Source: Bacilli bacterium
GTDB taxonomy: Bacteria; Bacillota_I; Bacilli_A; RFN20; CAG-826
NCBI GenBank assembly: GCA_045628045.1
Contig: JAZQOV010000003.1
Span: 57,495 to 121,494 of the forward strand
Length of the DNA stretch: 64,000 bases
Direction: 5' to 3'
Shown in pieces: positions 48,670 through 58,424 of this stretch; the first letter of the stretch is position 1; the number at the start of each line of letters is the position of its first letter. The translations under genes were made by a program, and so were the position numbers. The notes under the pieces were generated by a model. It saw only the letters and a program-made list of their open reading frames with translations. It searched no databases and was not told the origin of the DNA.

Positions 48670-48736
48670 ATAATAATATAGCCAAAAATCTGAGTCAAGT
48701 TTAATTGCATATTTTTCGCGAATTTTATGCAATTAA
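48670..48736 (-). promoter_or_regulatory. Leaderless-type promoter (TTGACT-17-TATTAT) plus upstream palindromic IR-R operator-like element for the Fic gene
   Basis: The -10 ends 6 nt before the ATG. The 36-bp palindrome at 48701-48736 sits just upstream of the -35. Confidence 0.45.
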
Positions 48737-48943
48737 AAATTTTAAATAAAATAAAATCCCTCCTTCTTTTGCCTCAATCTTAGGCAAAATTTTGGGGGAG
48801 GAGTTTCAATTGCGATGGCAAAGGTGAATAGAAATGATACAATGATACCTCTTCCCAGGAGAAAAACGCGACATAATCCTGAATTCAGCCAGTTTAGTAC
48901 CCTGTTCTACCTTACGAATCGGTAAAACATACGCTTCCTCCAA

Positions 48944-49543
48944 TCAGTCCAACGTAGGCAGAACACGGAACCTGAACACGCATGGTTTCCGCCCCTCGGT
49001 ATCGTGGGGAGAAGATACGATTTCCATCAGTTCAAGCTTCACATTCAACATGATCTCATAGTGAAACTTGAAATGCCCTCCACAGCAATAGCAGTATTCG
49101 CGAGGAATGGCATATTCCAGCTTCACCTTGCTGACCGTTGGGCAAACGCATTGATACTTTCCATCCGCGTAAACGCTCGCGCCCGTGACGATGATATCGC
49201 CGTTTTCGTCAAGATGTGCCTGCCCCATGTAAAGCTCAGGTTTTTTGCTGATAAGTGCAAGCTTTTCTTCCAATGTAAGATCTGCATTTTCTTTTGCGAA
49301 GGATTTCGACGCTTTTTCTCTGGTACCGCACTTGCAGCAGGCATTGGCTTCGAAAATTTTCTGTACACGCTCCCGAGGAAGCCTTTCATTCATCACATCA
49401 AGTGCCCGCTTAAAAAAGGCGGATTTGATTTTCTTGTTCGTCTTGGAAACAATCCCGTCAAAGCCCTGATATATTTCATCAATAATATCCTGACTGACCC
49501 TAAAATCGTCTAAAGTTTTTCTGAATTTTTCCGGTGATGCCAT
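48944..49543 (-). CDS. Cysteine-rich hypothetical protein encoded in a GC-rich (horizontally acquired) segment
   Basis: 199 aa with Cys clusters CCKCG, CVCP and CYCCGGH. Local GC is about 48-50%. Upstream near-palindrome GGTAACCT-N9-AGGTTATC. Confidence 0.4.
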   Translation of the reverse strand: MASPEKFRKTLDDFRVSQDIIDEIYQGFDGIVSKTNKKIKSAFFKRALDVMNERLPRERVQKIFEANACCKCGTREKASKSFAKENADLTLEEKLALISKKPELYMGQAHLDENGDIIVTGASVYADGKYQCVCPTVSKVKLEYAIPREYCYCCGGHFKFHYEIMLNVKLELMEIVSSPHDTEGRKPCVFRFRVLPTLD

Positions 49544-50000
49544 ACTGTTATTCCTCCTGACTATGATAGAGTTAAAAATACAAGGTAACCTCTAATAATT
49601 AGGTTATCAATTAAATTTTATCGGTTTTCGTGTTTTTTGAACAGCAAATTCCAAAACCGAGATCATTGAGTGTTAATATTATTAATAAGCGCTAATAGTC
49701 CAAGTGAGCGCTATTAAGATTTAACTGATTTTCAGTTGTTTAAAATAAACGACTAAATGCTAGTCTCAATTGCGAAAAACCTATAAAAAATTCAATTAAA
49801 TAAAGAAAAAGGCTGATTTTATCGTTTCCGATTGTATCAACCTTATTCTACTTTGATGTCTTTCGTGGACTGAAATAATACGGATTCCCAACATTGGACT
49901 GAAATAATACAAATTTTCGCCATTTTTGTGTGTTTACAAATATTTTTTTAATTTTATTTTTAGATAATCTATTAGGGTTCGAACTCTAATAGTTAAGCAA

Positions 50001-50936
50001 TTACAACGAGAAAAATGCTTTTTTAAGTAAAAAGTCTTTTACCTTATTATTTTTTGATTCATAGAATTCTACTAATAACAATTTGTATTCTTTATCTAAA
50101 TTATCTGGAACTGAGATATATCCAAGACCATGACTAATTAAATAGGTATTTGCAAATATAAGAGCAGTTCTTTTATTACCGTTACTAAAAACTTTAGTTT
50201 TTACAAGATAACAAAGCAAATCAATTGCTTTTGCAACGTCATCATTTTTACTATTTAAAATTTGATTAATATTTTGAATAACTCTTTCTTTTGTAGGAAT
50301 TTCAGGTCTATACGAGCAGCCTCCAATAATTACATTGGTTGTTCTAATTTGATCTGGATAAGAAATTTGTCGATCATTAACATATCCTGCAATCGTGCAA
50401 AGTACATCAAAGGTTGTTCCTCTCCTAACTGTGTCTTCATCAAGAACGTATTGCCAAGCATTTTTTAAATTTAAAATTGTTAATGTATCATCAAAACTAA
50501 CATTTTTAGAAGAACCCTTTTCCAAGATTTCTTCTGTATCTAAAAACGTAGCACTTACCCCTTCAACTATTGCTTGACCGTAAATTATCGTATTTAAGTT
50601 ATTTCTTACAAAATCTAAATTTATTAAAACTTTAGAATCAAGATCATTTATGTTTACACCAAGTTTAGCTAGTTTTGTTTTAACACTGCGTAATTTGAAA
50701 TTTAATTCTTTTACACTTTTTGTTAATTCTTTTAAATCATTATAGAAAGATTCAGTGTAAACTCCAGCATATTTAGAAGATAAACGATCATATTTCTTAT
50801 ATCTAAGATATATATATTTCTTTCCGCTAATTTCTTTTACTTCTGGATAACCTTTAAAATTAATTTCTTTTAATTGAAATTCTAGATCTTTCTTTTGAGT
50901 AAGAAGTTCATTAACTAAATCATTACTATTTCTCAT
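50001..50936 (-). CDS. Fic/Doc-family protein with a degenerate Doc-like motif (KVFSNGNKRTA; catalytic His absent)
   Basis: The C-terminal NGNKRTALIFAN resembles Doc HxFx(D/N)GNKR, but the His is Lys; 311 aa. Confidence 0.5.
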   Translation of the reverse strand: MRNSNDLVNELLTQKKDLEFQLKEINFKGYPEVKEISGKKYIYLRYKKYDRLSSKYAGVYTESFYNDLKELTKSVKELNFKLRSVKTKLAKLGVNINDLDSKVLINLDFVRNNLNTIIYGQAIVEGVSATFLDTEEILEKGSSKNVSFDDTLTILNLKNAWQYVLDEDTVRRGTTFDVLCTIAGYVNDRQISYPDQIRTTNVIIGGCSYRPEIPTKERVIQNINQILNSKNDDVAKAIDLLCYLVKTKVFSNGNKRTALIFANTYLISHGLGYISVPDNLDKEYKLLLVEFYESKNNKVKDFLLKKAFFSL

Positions 50937-50937
50937 T

Positions 50938-51055
50938 TAGGGTGATTTCTCCTTACTTATATTATACTATTTTCTCCCTAAAAGTAAAGAACTATTTAGG
51001 GTGATTTTCATCATTTCTAATTCTATCATTTTCTCCCTAAAAATCAATCTTTTGA
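50938..51055. repeat. Two imperfect tandem repeats of about 58 bp upstream of the Doc-like gene
   Basis: TAGGGTGATTT...TTTTCTCCCTAAAAGT appears twice (50938 and 50996). Confidence 0.5.
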
Positions 51056-51141
51056 CGTTTTATAAGAAATAAAAAAATCAGCATAATACCGATTTCTTTA
51101 AGTTTATGTTTAACTCGTCTAATTTGGACGGGGCAACATTC

Positions 51142-51230
51142 TGGCGGAGAGATAGGGATTCGAACCCTAGGTAGGCAAGGCCTACAACGGTTTTCAAGAC
51201 CGCCGCTTTCGACCGCTCAGCCATCTCTCC
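51142..51230 (-). tRNA. tRNA-Ser (UGA)
   Basis: GGAGAGATGGCTGAGCGGTCGAAAGC...CTTGAAA...long variable arm...GGTTCGAATCC...CTCTCCGCCA. Confidence 0.8.
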
Positions 51231-51236
51231 ATTATT

Positions 51237-51311
51237 TGGTGGACCCAGTAGATCCTGACACTACAACATATCGGTTATGGGCCGAGTGCTCTTCCTTTGA
51301 GCTATGGGTCC
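51237..51311 (-). tRNA. tRNA with CAU anticodon (Ile2/lysidine-type by similarity) and a non-canonical T-loop
   Basis: GGACCCATAGCTCAAAGGAAGAGCACTCGGCCCATAACCGAT...GTAG-TGTCAGGAT-CTAC-TGGGTCCACCA. Acceptor and anticodon arms are fine. The T-loop lacks TTC, so this may be a pseudo-tRNA or a variant. Confidence 0.5.
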
Positions 51312-51392
51312 AGATGGTCCGGCAATAAGAATAACACAATTTTACTTAATTAGTTAGTAAATTTTTATTTTATTGCCGGAATTTTAATTTAA

Positions 51393-54300
51393 TTAATCAC
51401 CAAATAAACTTCTGAAGAAATCTGCAATTGCATCAAAAATCTTTTTAAAGAATGCGACAATTGCGTTTTCTTCCTTCTTTTCTGGTTCTGGATCTGGTGT
51501 TGGATCAGGAGTTGGACCAGCATTATCTTTTACAGTAATTGTTGCAGTAGCAGTTTTTGCTCCATCAACAGTTGTCACTGTGACTGTTGCTTCACCTGCA
51601 CCAACAGCAGTAACAACACCATTATTTACAGTTACAACACTTTCATTACTTGATGCCCAAGTAACTGCATTATTAGTTGCATTATTTGGAGTAACTGTTG
51701 CAATAAGAGTGTAAGTTTCACCTTTATTCAAAGTAACACTTGTGTTACTTAAACTAACTGAAGTTACAGGAACGTCTGTTGAAGTTGCATTAACTGTAAT
51801 TGAACATGTTGCAGTTAATCCACCATCAGCTGCTGTTACGGTAATAACACAATCACCACTAGCGATTGCTGTTACATTACCATTTTGATCAACTGTTGCA
51901 ACACCTACATTACTTGATGAATAGGAAACATTTTTAATTGTTGCATCATTTGGAGCAATTGTTGGAGTTAATTTAAATGTGTCATTAACTTCAAGTTCCT
52001 TTGAGGTAATATCAAGAGTGATTCCAGTAACATGAACAACTGGAGCCTCTTTAACTGTTACAACACATGTATCGAAATTATCTTCTGGTTTATTTTGTGC
52101 TGCGCAAGTGATTGTAGCAGTTCCTGGTTTAATACCAGTAACAACACCTTTATCATCAACAATTGCAACCGATTCATCACTTGAAGTATAGGTTACTTTA
52201 GTGTTTGATGCATTAGCTGGAAGTACAGTTGCTGTTAATGCATGTGTGCAACCAGCGTTTACTTCAAATGAATGTTCACTTAATGTTACTGATTCAACTT
52301 GAAGATAAATCCTAATATGTTCAAAATCACTATAAGTGCCATCAAAAGATGTAGCAATGACATCAACATAACCTGGAGCAAGTCCAGTTACATTTCCGTT
52401 TTGATCAATTGATGCAAGAGTTGGATCTGAAACTGACCAAACAAGAGGTTCTCCTTCTGGAACTTCGTAATGATCATTTAGATGTGCTTGGTAAGTTTCT
52501 CCAACAAGAATTGGATCTTTACAAACAACATCAAATGCTTGAGTTTTTCCTTTTACAAAAATGGAGAATTCTTTAATGATTTGATGTCCGTTTTGACCAT
52601 AACCAATCTTTCCAACTGCAGTTCCGATCTTTGAAGTATCTGGCATTTCAATTATTGAATAGCCACCAACAGGAACAATTTTTGAAGCTCCGCCAGAGTA
52701 GTTAGCTTTAACAATTAATGCTGAAGTCCATGGGAATTGTTCACCGACAGTAACTTCATCCATTCCTTCATAGAAGGAAACTGATAATGATTGAACTTCA
52801 CTTTGTAATGGTTTTTCGTTGTTTCTAAAAAGCATAATTGGAGTATAGCTGCTTCCTTTTGCATAGAAACCAAATTTACCATCCTTATTAAAGTAAAGTT
52901 GTTTATCTTGATGAGGTTTGCTTGAAACAACCCATTCTTCATAATCTTCATCATAAGATAATGTAAATAAGCATTCATCTGGTAATGTTGAAGAAGTTTC
53001 AAGTGCGTATTGGAAAACGTCATTTGTAAATGACCAATAAGCAACTTTAACTTCTGCAGTTGTTGTTCCTGCATAACCATCTGCTGCTGTATAAAGTGTG
53101 AATGTAAATTTATTATTTTCTAAATCTGAAATACCAACAATGTAGTCAGTGTAACCACTAATATAATCCATTGAACTAAAGACATTAGCATAGCTAAAGT
53201 CTGGACTTGTTGATGTTTTCATAGTGACAACGTAGCTTGATCCACCAATTGTAACTGGCATGTTAAATTCATAGTGACCATCGCCAGCATCATAAATTGA
53301 TTTTGTGTCTGGTTTATTAAAGCCAAGTGTTGAATTGTCACCTTTTAAGAAATAACCTGTGTCCTTGTCTTTAAGTGTGTAATAACTACCTTCTTTTCCG
53401 ACTTCTAAAACCACATCACCTTTTGGCATATAACCAAAGTTAGAATAGACAAATCTTGTATCATCATAAGAAAGCTCAGTTCCACCAGTGATTTCGTATG
53501 GATTATAACCAAGAGTTCCAATAACAATCTCATCACCTACGCCAACATAGTTAGCAGCAACATAAGGACTTTCTTTAACTTCTATTGATTTTTCGTAGTA
53601 AACAGTAGGATCTTTTGCTAAAGCAATTCTTACTTTAGTTGTGGTTTCTTCGATTCTTTCTGGAGTTACTACATAATCATCTTTTGTAAGAGTTTTTGGA
53701 ATGTCTTCTTCACCAGGAAGTTTGTATGTAATTTGAACTGATAAATAATTTTTATTTATCTTTTCACCAACAGCGTATGTATCTGTTAATCCACTAATAA
53801 CAAATGTTGAGGCATCACCTTTATAAACTTGGATACCATTCATTTCAATATTTCTTAGAGAACCACCAATTTCGACTGTTCCATAAGCTTTTGTACCAGC
53901 CACTAATGTGCTCCAAGTGATTCTATTAGTTATGTCAACCTTTGCACCGTTATCAAATAAAGCATTAACTTTTGAATTAAGTGGATTTAATGTATCTCCA
54001 ACAAAGTATTGTTTCTTTGTAGGTAATTTTTCAATTTCAAAACCAGTGTAAGCACCAACTTTCATTAATTTAATGTGATCTTGAGTTCCTGTTGCTCCAC
54101 TATAAGCAAACCAAGTTCCTGTGGATGCACCTGGATTACATGAAAGGGTGTTTCCGGTTACGCTATAAGCGAACGTAAATGAGTCATCATCATTCTTTGT
54201 AACAATCCAATATTTTGAACTATCACTTGATAAATCAAGTGAAGAGTTCTTAATTGATGGATTGTGGAATAAATAATTTGAACCATTGCTAATTGAATAG

Positions 54301-55910
54301 GTGTCTCCGTCAGCTCCAGTATTTGTGATTGTCCACATCTTTGTTGTATCAGTGTAATCTGGGGTTGAAACATCTTCCAAATCAACATTTAAAACATGCG
54401 ATCCGCTAAAGTCAGTAATAAAATATTCACCATTTTCAATAAGAGCATCTTTTTTAGCAATTACTGTAACAACGCAAGTAGCAACTAAATCATCGTTTCC
54501 ATTTGCTTTTACAGTGACGGTTGTTGAACCAGCTTTTAATCCTTTAACAACTACGCTTGAACCGATCGCACTTCCTTCAATAGAAAGAACTTGAGAATCT
54601 CCAACAGCCCATAAATAAGAAGTAGCTGTAAATCCTTTAGTTTCACTTATAAGTGAAATTGAAGAACCTTCTATAACTGAGGCGGTTGCTGGAACGCTAA
54701 TCTTTTCAGCGCCACTTGAGTACTTATAAATTGATGTTTCTGAAACACCTGATGATGCTTTGTAAGCTCTAAATGTATTTACGTTATAACGTAAATAAAC
54801 ATAAGAATCATAAGCTTGGTTTGCAATATTTGATTTGATATTTAATGAAGCAGCTCCAAGGTCCACTGTCCATGAAGACGCAGCGTCCTTTGTATCAACA
54901 AATTTTAAGCCATCTTTATCAATTGCATATGTTGATAAATATTTGCCCGATGCATTTTTAAATGCATAGGTTCCATTAATTGAACCGGCTTCAACTGTAT
55001 AAACACCAACTTCATCAGTCGATAAAACATTAACTTGATTATTTGAAATTGAGACACTTGTTGTATCTAGATAGTGTTTATATGCAACATCTGCAGTTGT
55101 TAATGTTGCTTTTGCTGCCTTAGATGCGCTGTCATTTACAAACAAAATTTGATCACCAACTTCAATTGATGATGCTTTTGTATAAACTGTTGGCTTTTCA
55201 CCTTGAGTTACAGACACTGTAAATGTTGTCGTAACATCTTCACCACTAGTGGTGGTTGGAGTGTTACTCGCTTTATAAGTAACTGTAACAACTTGTGGTC
55301 CAACTGTATTTAAAATGGTTCCTTCTGCAGGTGAAAATTCGCATTTTGATGCAACATTATACGTTTCTTCATTGCTTAATGTTGCGATAACTTTGACACC
55401 ACTATAAGAAATTGCAGTTCCGGTTTGCACAGCCTTTGGAGCTGATTCGACTGCTAAAGAAGATACGGTTCCATCAGAAACAGCAAATGTCACAGTAATC
55501 GAATTAAATCTCACTTGTTTTGACATCGTGTGTGACCAAGTAAAATCATTAACTCCACTTACACCATTTACTAAAGAGGATTCAGAATAGGAAGAATTCA
55601 TGTCAAAGGCAATGCTGCCAATCTTGTAGTTCTTTGAACTAATAGTGAGTTTTTTGCCACTATAAACACGTAAAACACCATTTGTGGCATAGCCACCAGT
55701 AGTTGAAACTGTTACATCATTGCTAGTGTAAGAAAATGACGATCCACTTCCACCATTCGATGAACCTTTATCTGCAAAAGAATTAAAGGTAACAGAATTA
55801 GAATCTTCAGCTTTAACTTCGCAAACTGTTTTATTAACGAAAACACTTGGAACTGCGAGCAATCCACCAAGTAATGCTAATGCAAATAATTTGATTTTAT
55901 TTCTTTTCAT
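51393..55910 (-). CDS. Very large secreted surface protein with multiple bacterial Ig-like (Big_2) domains
   Basis: Signal peptide, then 1505 aa. The C-terminal third contains tandem Big_2-like units (VTGIKPGTATITC, GDCVITVTAADGG...), followed by a PTPDPTPDPEPE linker and a short hydrophobic tail. Confidence 0.7.
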   Translation of the reverse strand: MKRNKIKLFALALLGGLLAVPSVFVNKTVCEVKAEDSNSVTFNSFADKGSSNGGSGSSFSYTSNDVTVSTTGGYATNGVLRVYSGKKLTISSKNYKIGSIAFDMNSSYSESSLVNGVSGVNDFTWSHTMSKQVRFNSITVTFAVSDGTVSSLAVESAPKAVQTGTAISYSGVKVIATLSNEETYNVASKCEFSPAEGTILNTVGPQVVTVTYKASNTPTTTSGEDVTTTFTVSVTQGEKPTVYTKASSIEVGDQILFVNDSASKAAKATLTTADVAYKHYLDTTSVSISNNQVNVLSTDEVGVYTVEAGSINGTYAFKNASGKYLSTYAIDKDGLKFVDTKDAASSWTVDLGAASLNIKSNIANQAYDSYVYLRYNVNTFRAYKASSGVSETSIYKYSSGAEKISVPATASVIEGSSISLISETKGFTATSYLWAVGDSQVLSIEGSAIGSSVVVKGLKAGSTTVTVKANGNDDLVATCVVTVIAKKDALIENGEYFITDFSGSHVLNVDLEDVSTPDYTDTTKMWTITNTGADGDTYSISNGSNYLFHNPSIKNSSLDLSSDSSKYWIVTKNDDDSFTFAYSVTGNTLSCNPGASTGTWFAYSGATGTQDHIKLMKVGAYTGFEIEKLPTKKQYFVGDTLNPLNSKVNALFDNGAKVDITNRITWSTLVAGTKAYGTVEIGGSLRNIEMNGIQVYKGDASTFVISGLTDTYAVGEKINKNYLSVQITYKLPGEEDIPKTLTKDDYVVTPERIEETTTKVRIALAKDPTVYYEKSIEVKESPYVAANYVGVGDEIVIGTLGYNPYEITGGTELSYDDTRFVYSNFGYMPKGDVVLEVGKEGSYYTLKDKDTGYFLKGDNSTLGFNKPDTKSIYDAGDGHYEFNMPVTIGGSSYVVTMKTSTSPDFSYANVFSSMDYISGYTDYIVGISDLENNKFTFTLYTAADGYAGTTTAEVKVAYWSFTNDVFQYALETSSTLPDECLFTLSYDEDYEEWVVSSKPHQDKQLYFNKDGKFGFYAKGSSYTPIMLFRNNEKPLQSEVQSLSVSFYEGMDEVTVGEQFPWTSALIVKANYSGGASKIVPVGGYSIIEMPDTSKIGTAVGKIGYGQNGHQIIKEFSIFVKGKTQAFDVVCKDPILVGETYQAHLNDHYEVPEGEPLVWSVSDPTLASIDQNGNVTGLAPGYVDVIATSFDGTYSDFEHIRIYLQVESVTLSEHSFEVNAGCTHALTATVLPANASNTKVTYTSSDESVAIVDDKGVVTGIKPGTATITCAAQNKPEDNFDTCVVTVKEAPVVHVTGITLDITSKELEVNDTFKLTPTIAPNDATIKNVSYSSSNVGVATVDQNGNVTAIASGDCVITVTAADGGLTATCSITVNATSTDVPVTSVSLSNTSVTLNKGETYTLIATVTPNNATNNAVTWASSNESVVTVNNGVVTAVGAGEATVTVTTVDGAKTATATITVKDNAGPTPDPTPDPEPEKKEENAIVAFFKKIFDAIADFFRSLFGD

Positions 55911-56031
55911 AACGAATACCTCGATAAATAATAAAAAAATGCGATTAGTCCTTTGGATTAATCACATTCTTACGTATTTCATATTTTTATTATACACGTA
56001 AAGCACAAAGTAACCAACTTAAAATAAAATT

Positions 56032-56646
56032 TTATCTATTCTGATGCTCTCTTATTTTATTAACGACAGCGTCTTTAACTTCCACTTCATCTGCGTCCCC
56101 AATAAAAGGTGAGAAAATTTTACCAGATGTATTTGGATGTTCTTTAGCGTCCATAATCATTGCATTTTTTAACAACTTCCATTTTGAAGAAAAAATATCA
56201 ACGCAAATCTCAAGAACAACTTTTAAAATGAACATTAATAACGACAAAGTCGTTAAAACAATAGAAAACGGTTTTATTGCATCACCAGCAGTTGCTGAAT
56301 AAAGAGTGTAAAAAGAGCTCACTAAAGCAGCAGCATTTAATAAAATTCTAATCCATGCATAGATGAATCTAAGTTTCTTATTTGGGTCAGGTTTTTTAAG
56401 TTTTTTGAAAATTGCATCTAAGACTGCGTAAATAATTAGAACACATATCAAAATAATATTGATTATTAAGTTACCTGTATTTGTGACCAAATTATAAATA
56501 ACGGTTCCTAATGAGAAAACTAAAAATATCCACTTAATTACCACTAGATAACGTTTAAAATCCTCAACAATAAGTTCAATAGCTGTCTTCGTGTTTGAGA
56601 CTCTTTCTTTTACAAATGAGCCTGCTAATTTTGAAAAAATTCCCAT
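56032..56646 (-). CDS. Hypothetical membrane protein
   Basis: 204 aa with 4 TM segments. Confidence 0.4.
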   Translation of the reverse strand: MGIFSKLAGSFVKERVSNTKTAIELIVEDFKRYLVVIKWIFLVFSLGTVIYNLVTNTGNLIINIILICVLIIYAVLDAIFKKLKKPDPNKKLRFIYAWIRILLNAAALVSSFYTLYSATAGDAIKPFSIVLTTLSLLMFILKVVLEICVDIFSSKWKLLKNAMIMDAKEHPNTSGKIFSPFIGDADEVEVKDAVVNKIREHQNR

Positions 56647-56666
56647 TTTTGTACCTTCTTTAAATA

Positions 56667-58424
56667 TTATTTAAACTGTAACTCGTAGAGTTTGTAGTAA
56701 TAATTTTTGTTTTTTAACAATTCTTCATGAGTTCCGCTTTCGACAATTCGTCCATGTTGCAAACAGATAATTTTATCTGCATGTTGAATTGTTGAAAGTC
56801 TATGCGCAACAACAAGCATTGTGCCAAGCGTGGACATTTTGTTAAGTGAATCTTGAATTAAAACTTCAGTTTCTGTATCAATGTTTGCTGTTGCCTCGTC
56901 AAGAAGTAAAATCTCTGGTTTATGAAGTATAGTTCTTGCGAACGAAAGGAGTTGCTTTTGACCTTGTGAAAAGTTGTCACCACGTTCCACCACATCTTCT
57001 TCTAAACCATTATCAAGTTTTTTAATAAAATGATTTGCATTAACATATTCACAAGCTTGATTAATTTCTTCATGAGTAAATTTGTCCTCGAAAAGTGTAA
57101 TATTAGCTTTAATATCTCCAGAGAAAAGGAAAACGTCTTGAAGCATTTGTCCAATGCCTTTTCTTAAAGATGATATTTTAATATCATTTATATCAACATC
57201 ATCGATTAAGATTTGTCCTTTTTGTGGAACATAAGCCTTAGTTAAAAGCGAGAAAATTGTTGTCTTTCCAGCGCCTGTTGCACCTACAAATGCACACGTT
57301 TCTCCCTTCTTAACAACAAAGCTAACATCCTTCAAAACCCAGTTACGATTGTCATAAGAAAACCAGACATTTTTGAATTCGATTTTTCCTTTAAAGTGAG
57401 GAACGTCTTTAGCATCAACCTTATCCACTACTTTTGGAGGAACATCAAGTAAAGAGAATAATCTTTCACATGATGTTAAGGCTCTTTCAATGTGAACATA
57501 TTGATGAGAAATTTCTTCAATTGGATTAAAGAATTTCGAAATATAAAGATAGAATGCAACAACTGCACCAGCGCTTAAACCAACATTTGCAGAGAATAAA
57601 AAGACAACAGCAATGCAAAGATAAAGTAAGAAATTAATAAATGGTTTATAAATAGAGAATGAAATCATCATTGAGTAACGAGTATCTCTCATCCTTTTAT
57701 TTTTCAAATAAAATTCATCTTTCATTTTATTTTCTTGATTGAAAATTTGAATGATTTTCATACCTTGAATATCTTCACTTAATGCAGTGTTTAAATCAGA
57801 AATATAACCTTTTTCTAATCTAAATAATTTTGATGTTCTTCTTCTAAAGAAAATTGAAACAATAAGAACGATTATTGCAAACCCTAAAACAATTAATGAA
57901 AGTTTGACCGAAATCGAAAGCATAATCGCGTATATTCCAACAACTGTCACTAAATTACGAATTAAGTTAACGATTTGACTTGTGAAAAGATCACTTAATT
58001 GAGATGTGTAAGAACAAACTCTAGTAACTAATGAGCCTGTTGGCATCATGCCAAATTGATCAAGGGACATACCTTGAATATGTTCAAATGTTTCAACACG
58101 AAGGTTGTATACTACCTTATTGCCGGCTTTTTGCAATAACCAAGTCTCTAAAAATCTAAATGCTTGGTTAATAAGAGAAATTCCAAAATATGAAATAGCG
58201 ATAGATATAATAATCTTCAATTGAATATTAACTGGATCTTGTAAATTATCAACAACTTGCTCGATAAATAATGGAAGTATAATATCTAAACCAACATTAA
58301 TAAAGACGACTAAAAGGGCTAATATGATTAGCCAACGAACCGCTTTGAAATACTTGTAGCATTTCTTTAAAAGTTCCTTAAAAGGGTACTTACGATCGCC
58401 AACAAGCTTTTCTTTGTCGTCCAT
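56667..58424 (-). CDS. ABC transporter ATP-binding/permease protein (exporter half, heterodimer partner)
   Basis: TMD plus NBD (GATGAGKTT, LSQGQKQ, LLLDEATA); 585 aa. Confidence 0.85.
   Translation of the reverse strand: MDDKEKLVGDRKYPFKELLKKCYKYFKAVRWLIILALLVVFINVGLDIILPLFIEQVVDNLQDPVNIQLKIIISIAISYFGISLINQAFRFLETWLLQKAGNKVVYNLRVETFEHIQGMSLDQFGMMPTGSLVTRVCSYTSQLSDLFTSQIVNLIRNLVTVVGIYAIMLSISVKLSLIVLGFAIIVLIVSIFFRRRTSKLFRLEKGYISDLNTALSEDIQGMKIIQIFNQENKMKDEFYLKNKRMRDTRYSMMISFSIYKPFINFLLYLCIAVVFLFSANVGLSAGAVVAFYLYISKFFNPIEEISHQYVHIERALTSCERLFSLLDVPPKVVDKVDAKDVPHFKGKIEFKNVWFSYDNRNWVLKDVSFVVKKGETCAFVGATGAGKTTIFSLLTKAYVPQKGQILIDDVDINDIKISSLRKGIGQMLQDVFLFSGDIKANITLFEDKFTHEEINQACEYVNANHFIKKLDNGLEEDVVERGDNFSQGQKQLLSFARTILHKPEILLLDEATANIDTETEVLIQDSLNKMSTLGTMLVVAHRLSTIQHADKIICLQHGRIVESGTHEELLKNKNYYYKLYELQFK

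Larger units (their letters stand above)
47563..49910. mobile_element. Direct-repeat-bounded cassette carrying a Fic gene and a GC-rich cysteine-rich gene (no recombinase)
   Basis: 25-bp direct repeats TGTCTTT(A/C)GTGGACTGAAATAATAC at 47563-47587 and 49857-49881, plus a third partial copy at 49896-49910. The internal 48.8-49.56 kb region is about 50% GC against about 30% background. Confidence 0.35.

Noticed and set aside
48780-49560. GC-rich block as an rRNA or other structural RNA fragment
   Set aside because: It contains a clean 199-codon ORF with a start and stop and no resemblance to rRNA helices, so a horizontally acquired protein-coding gene is more likely.
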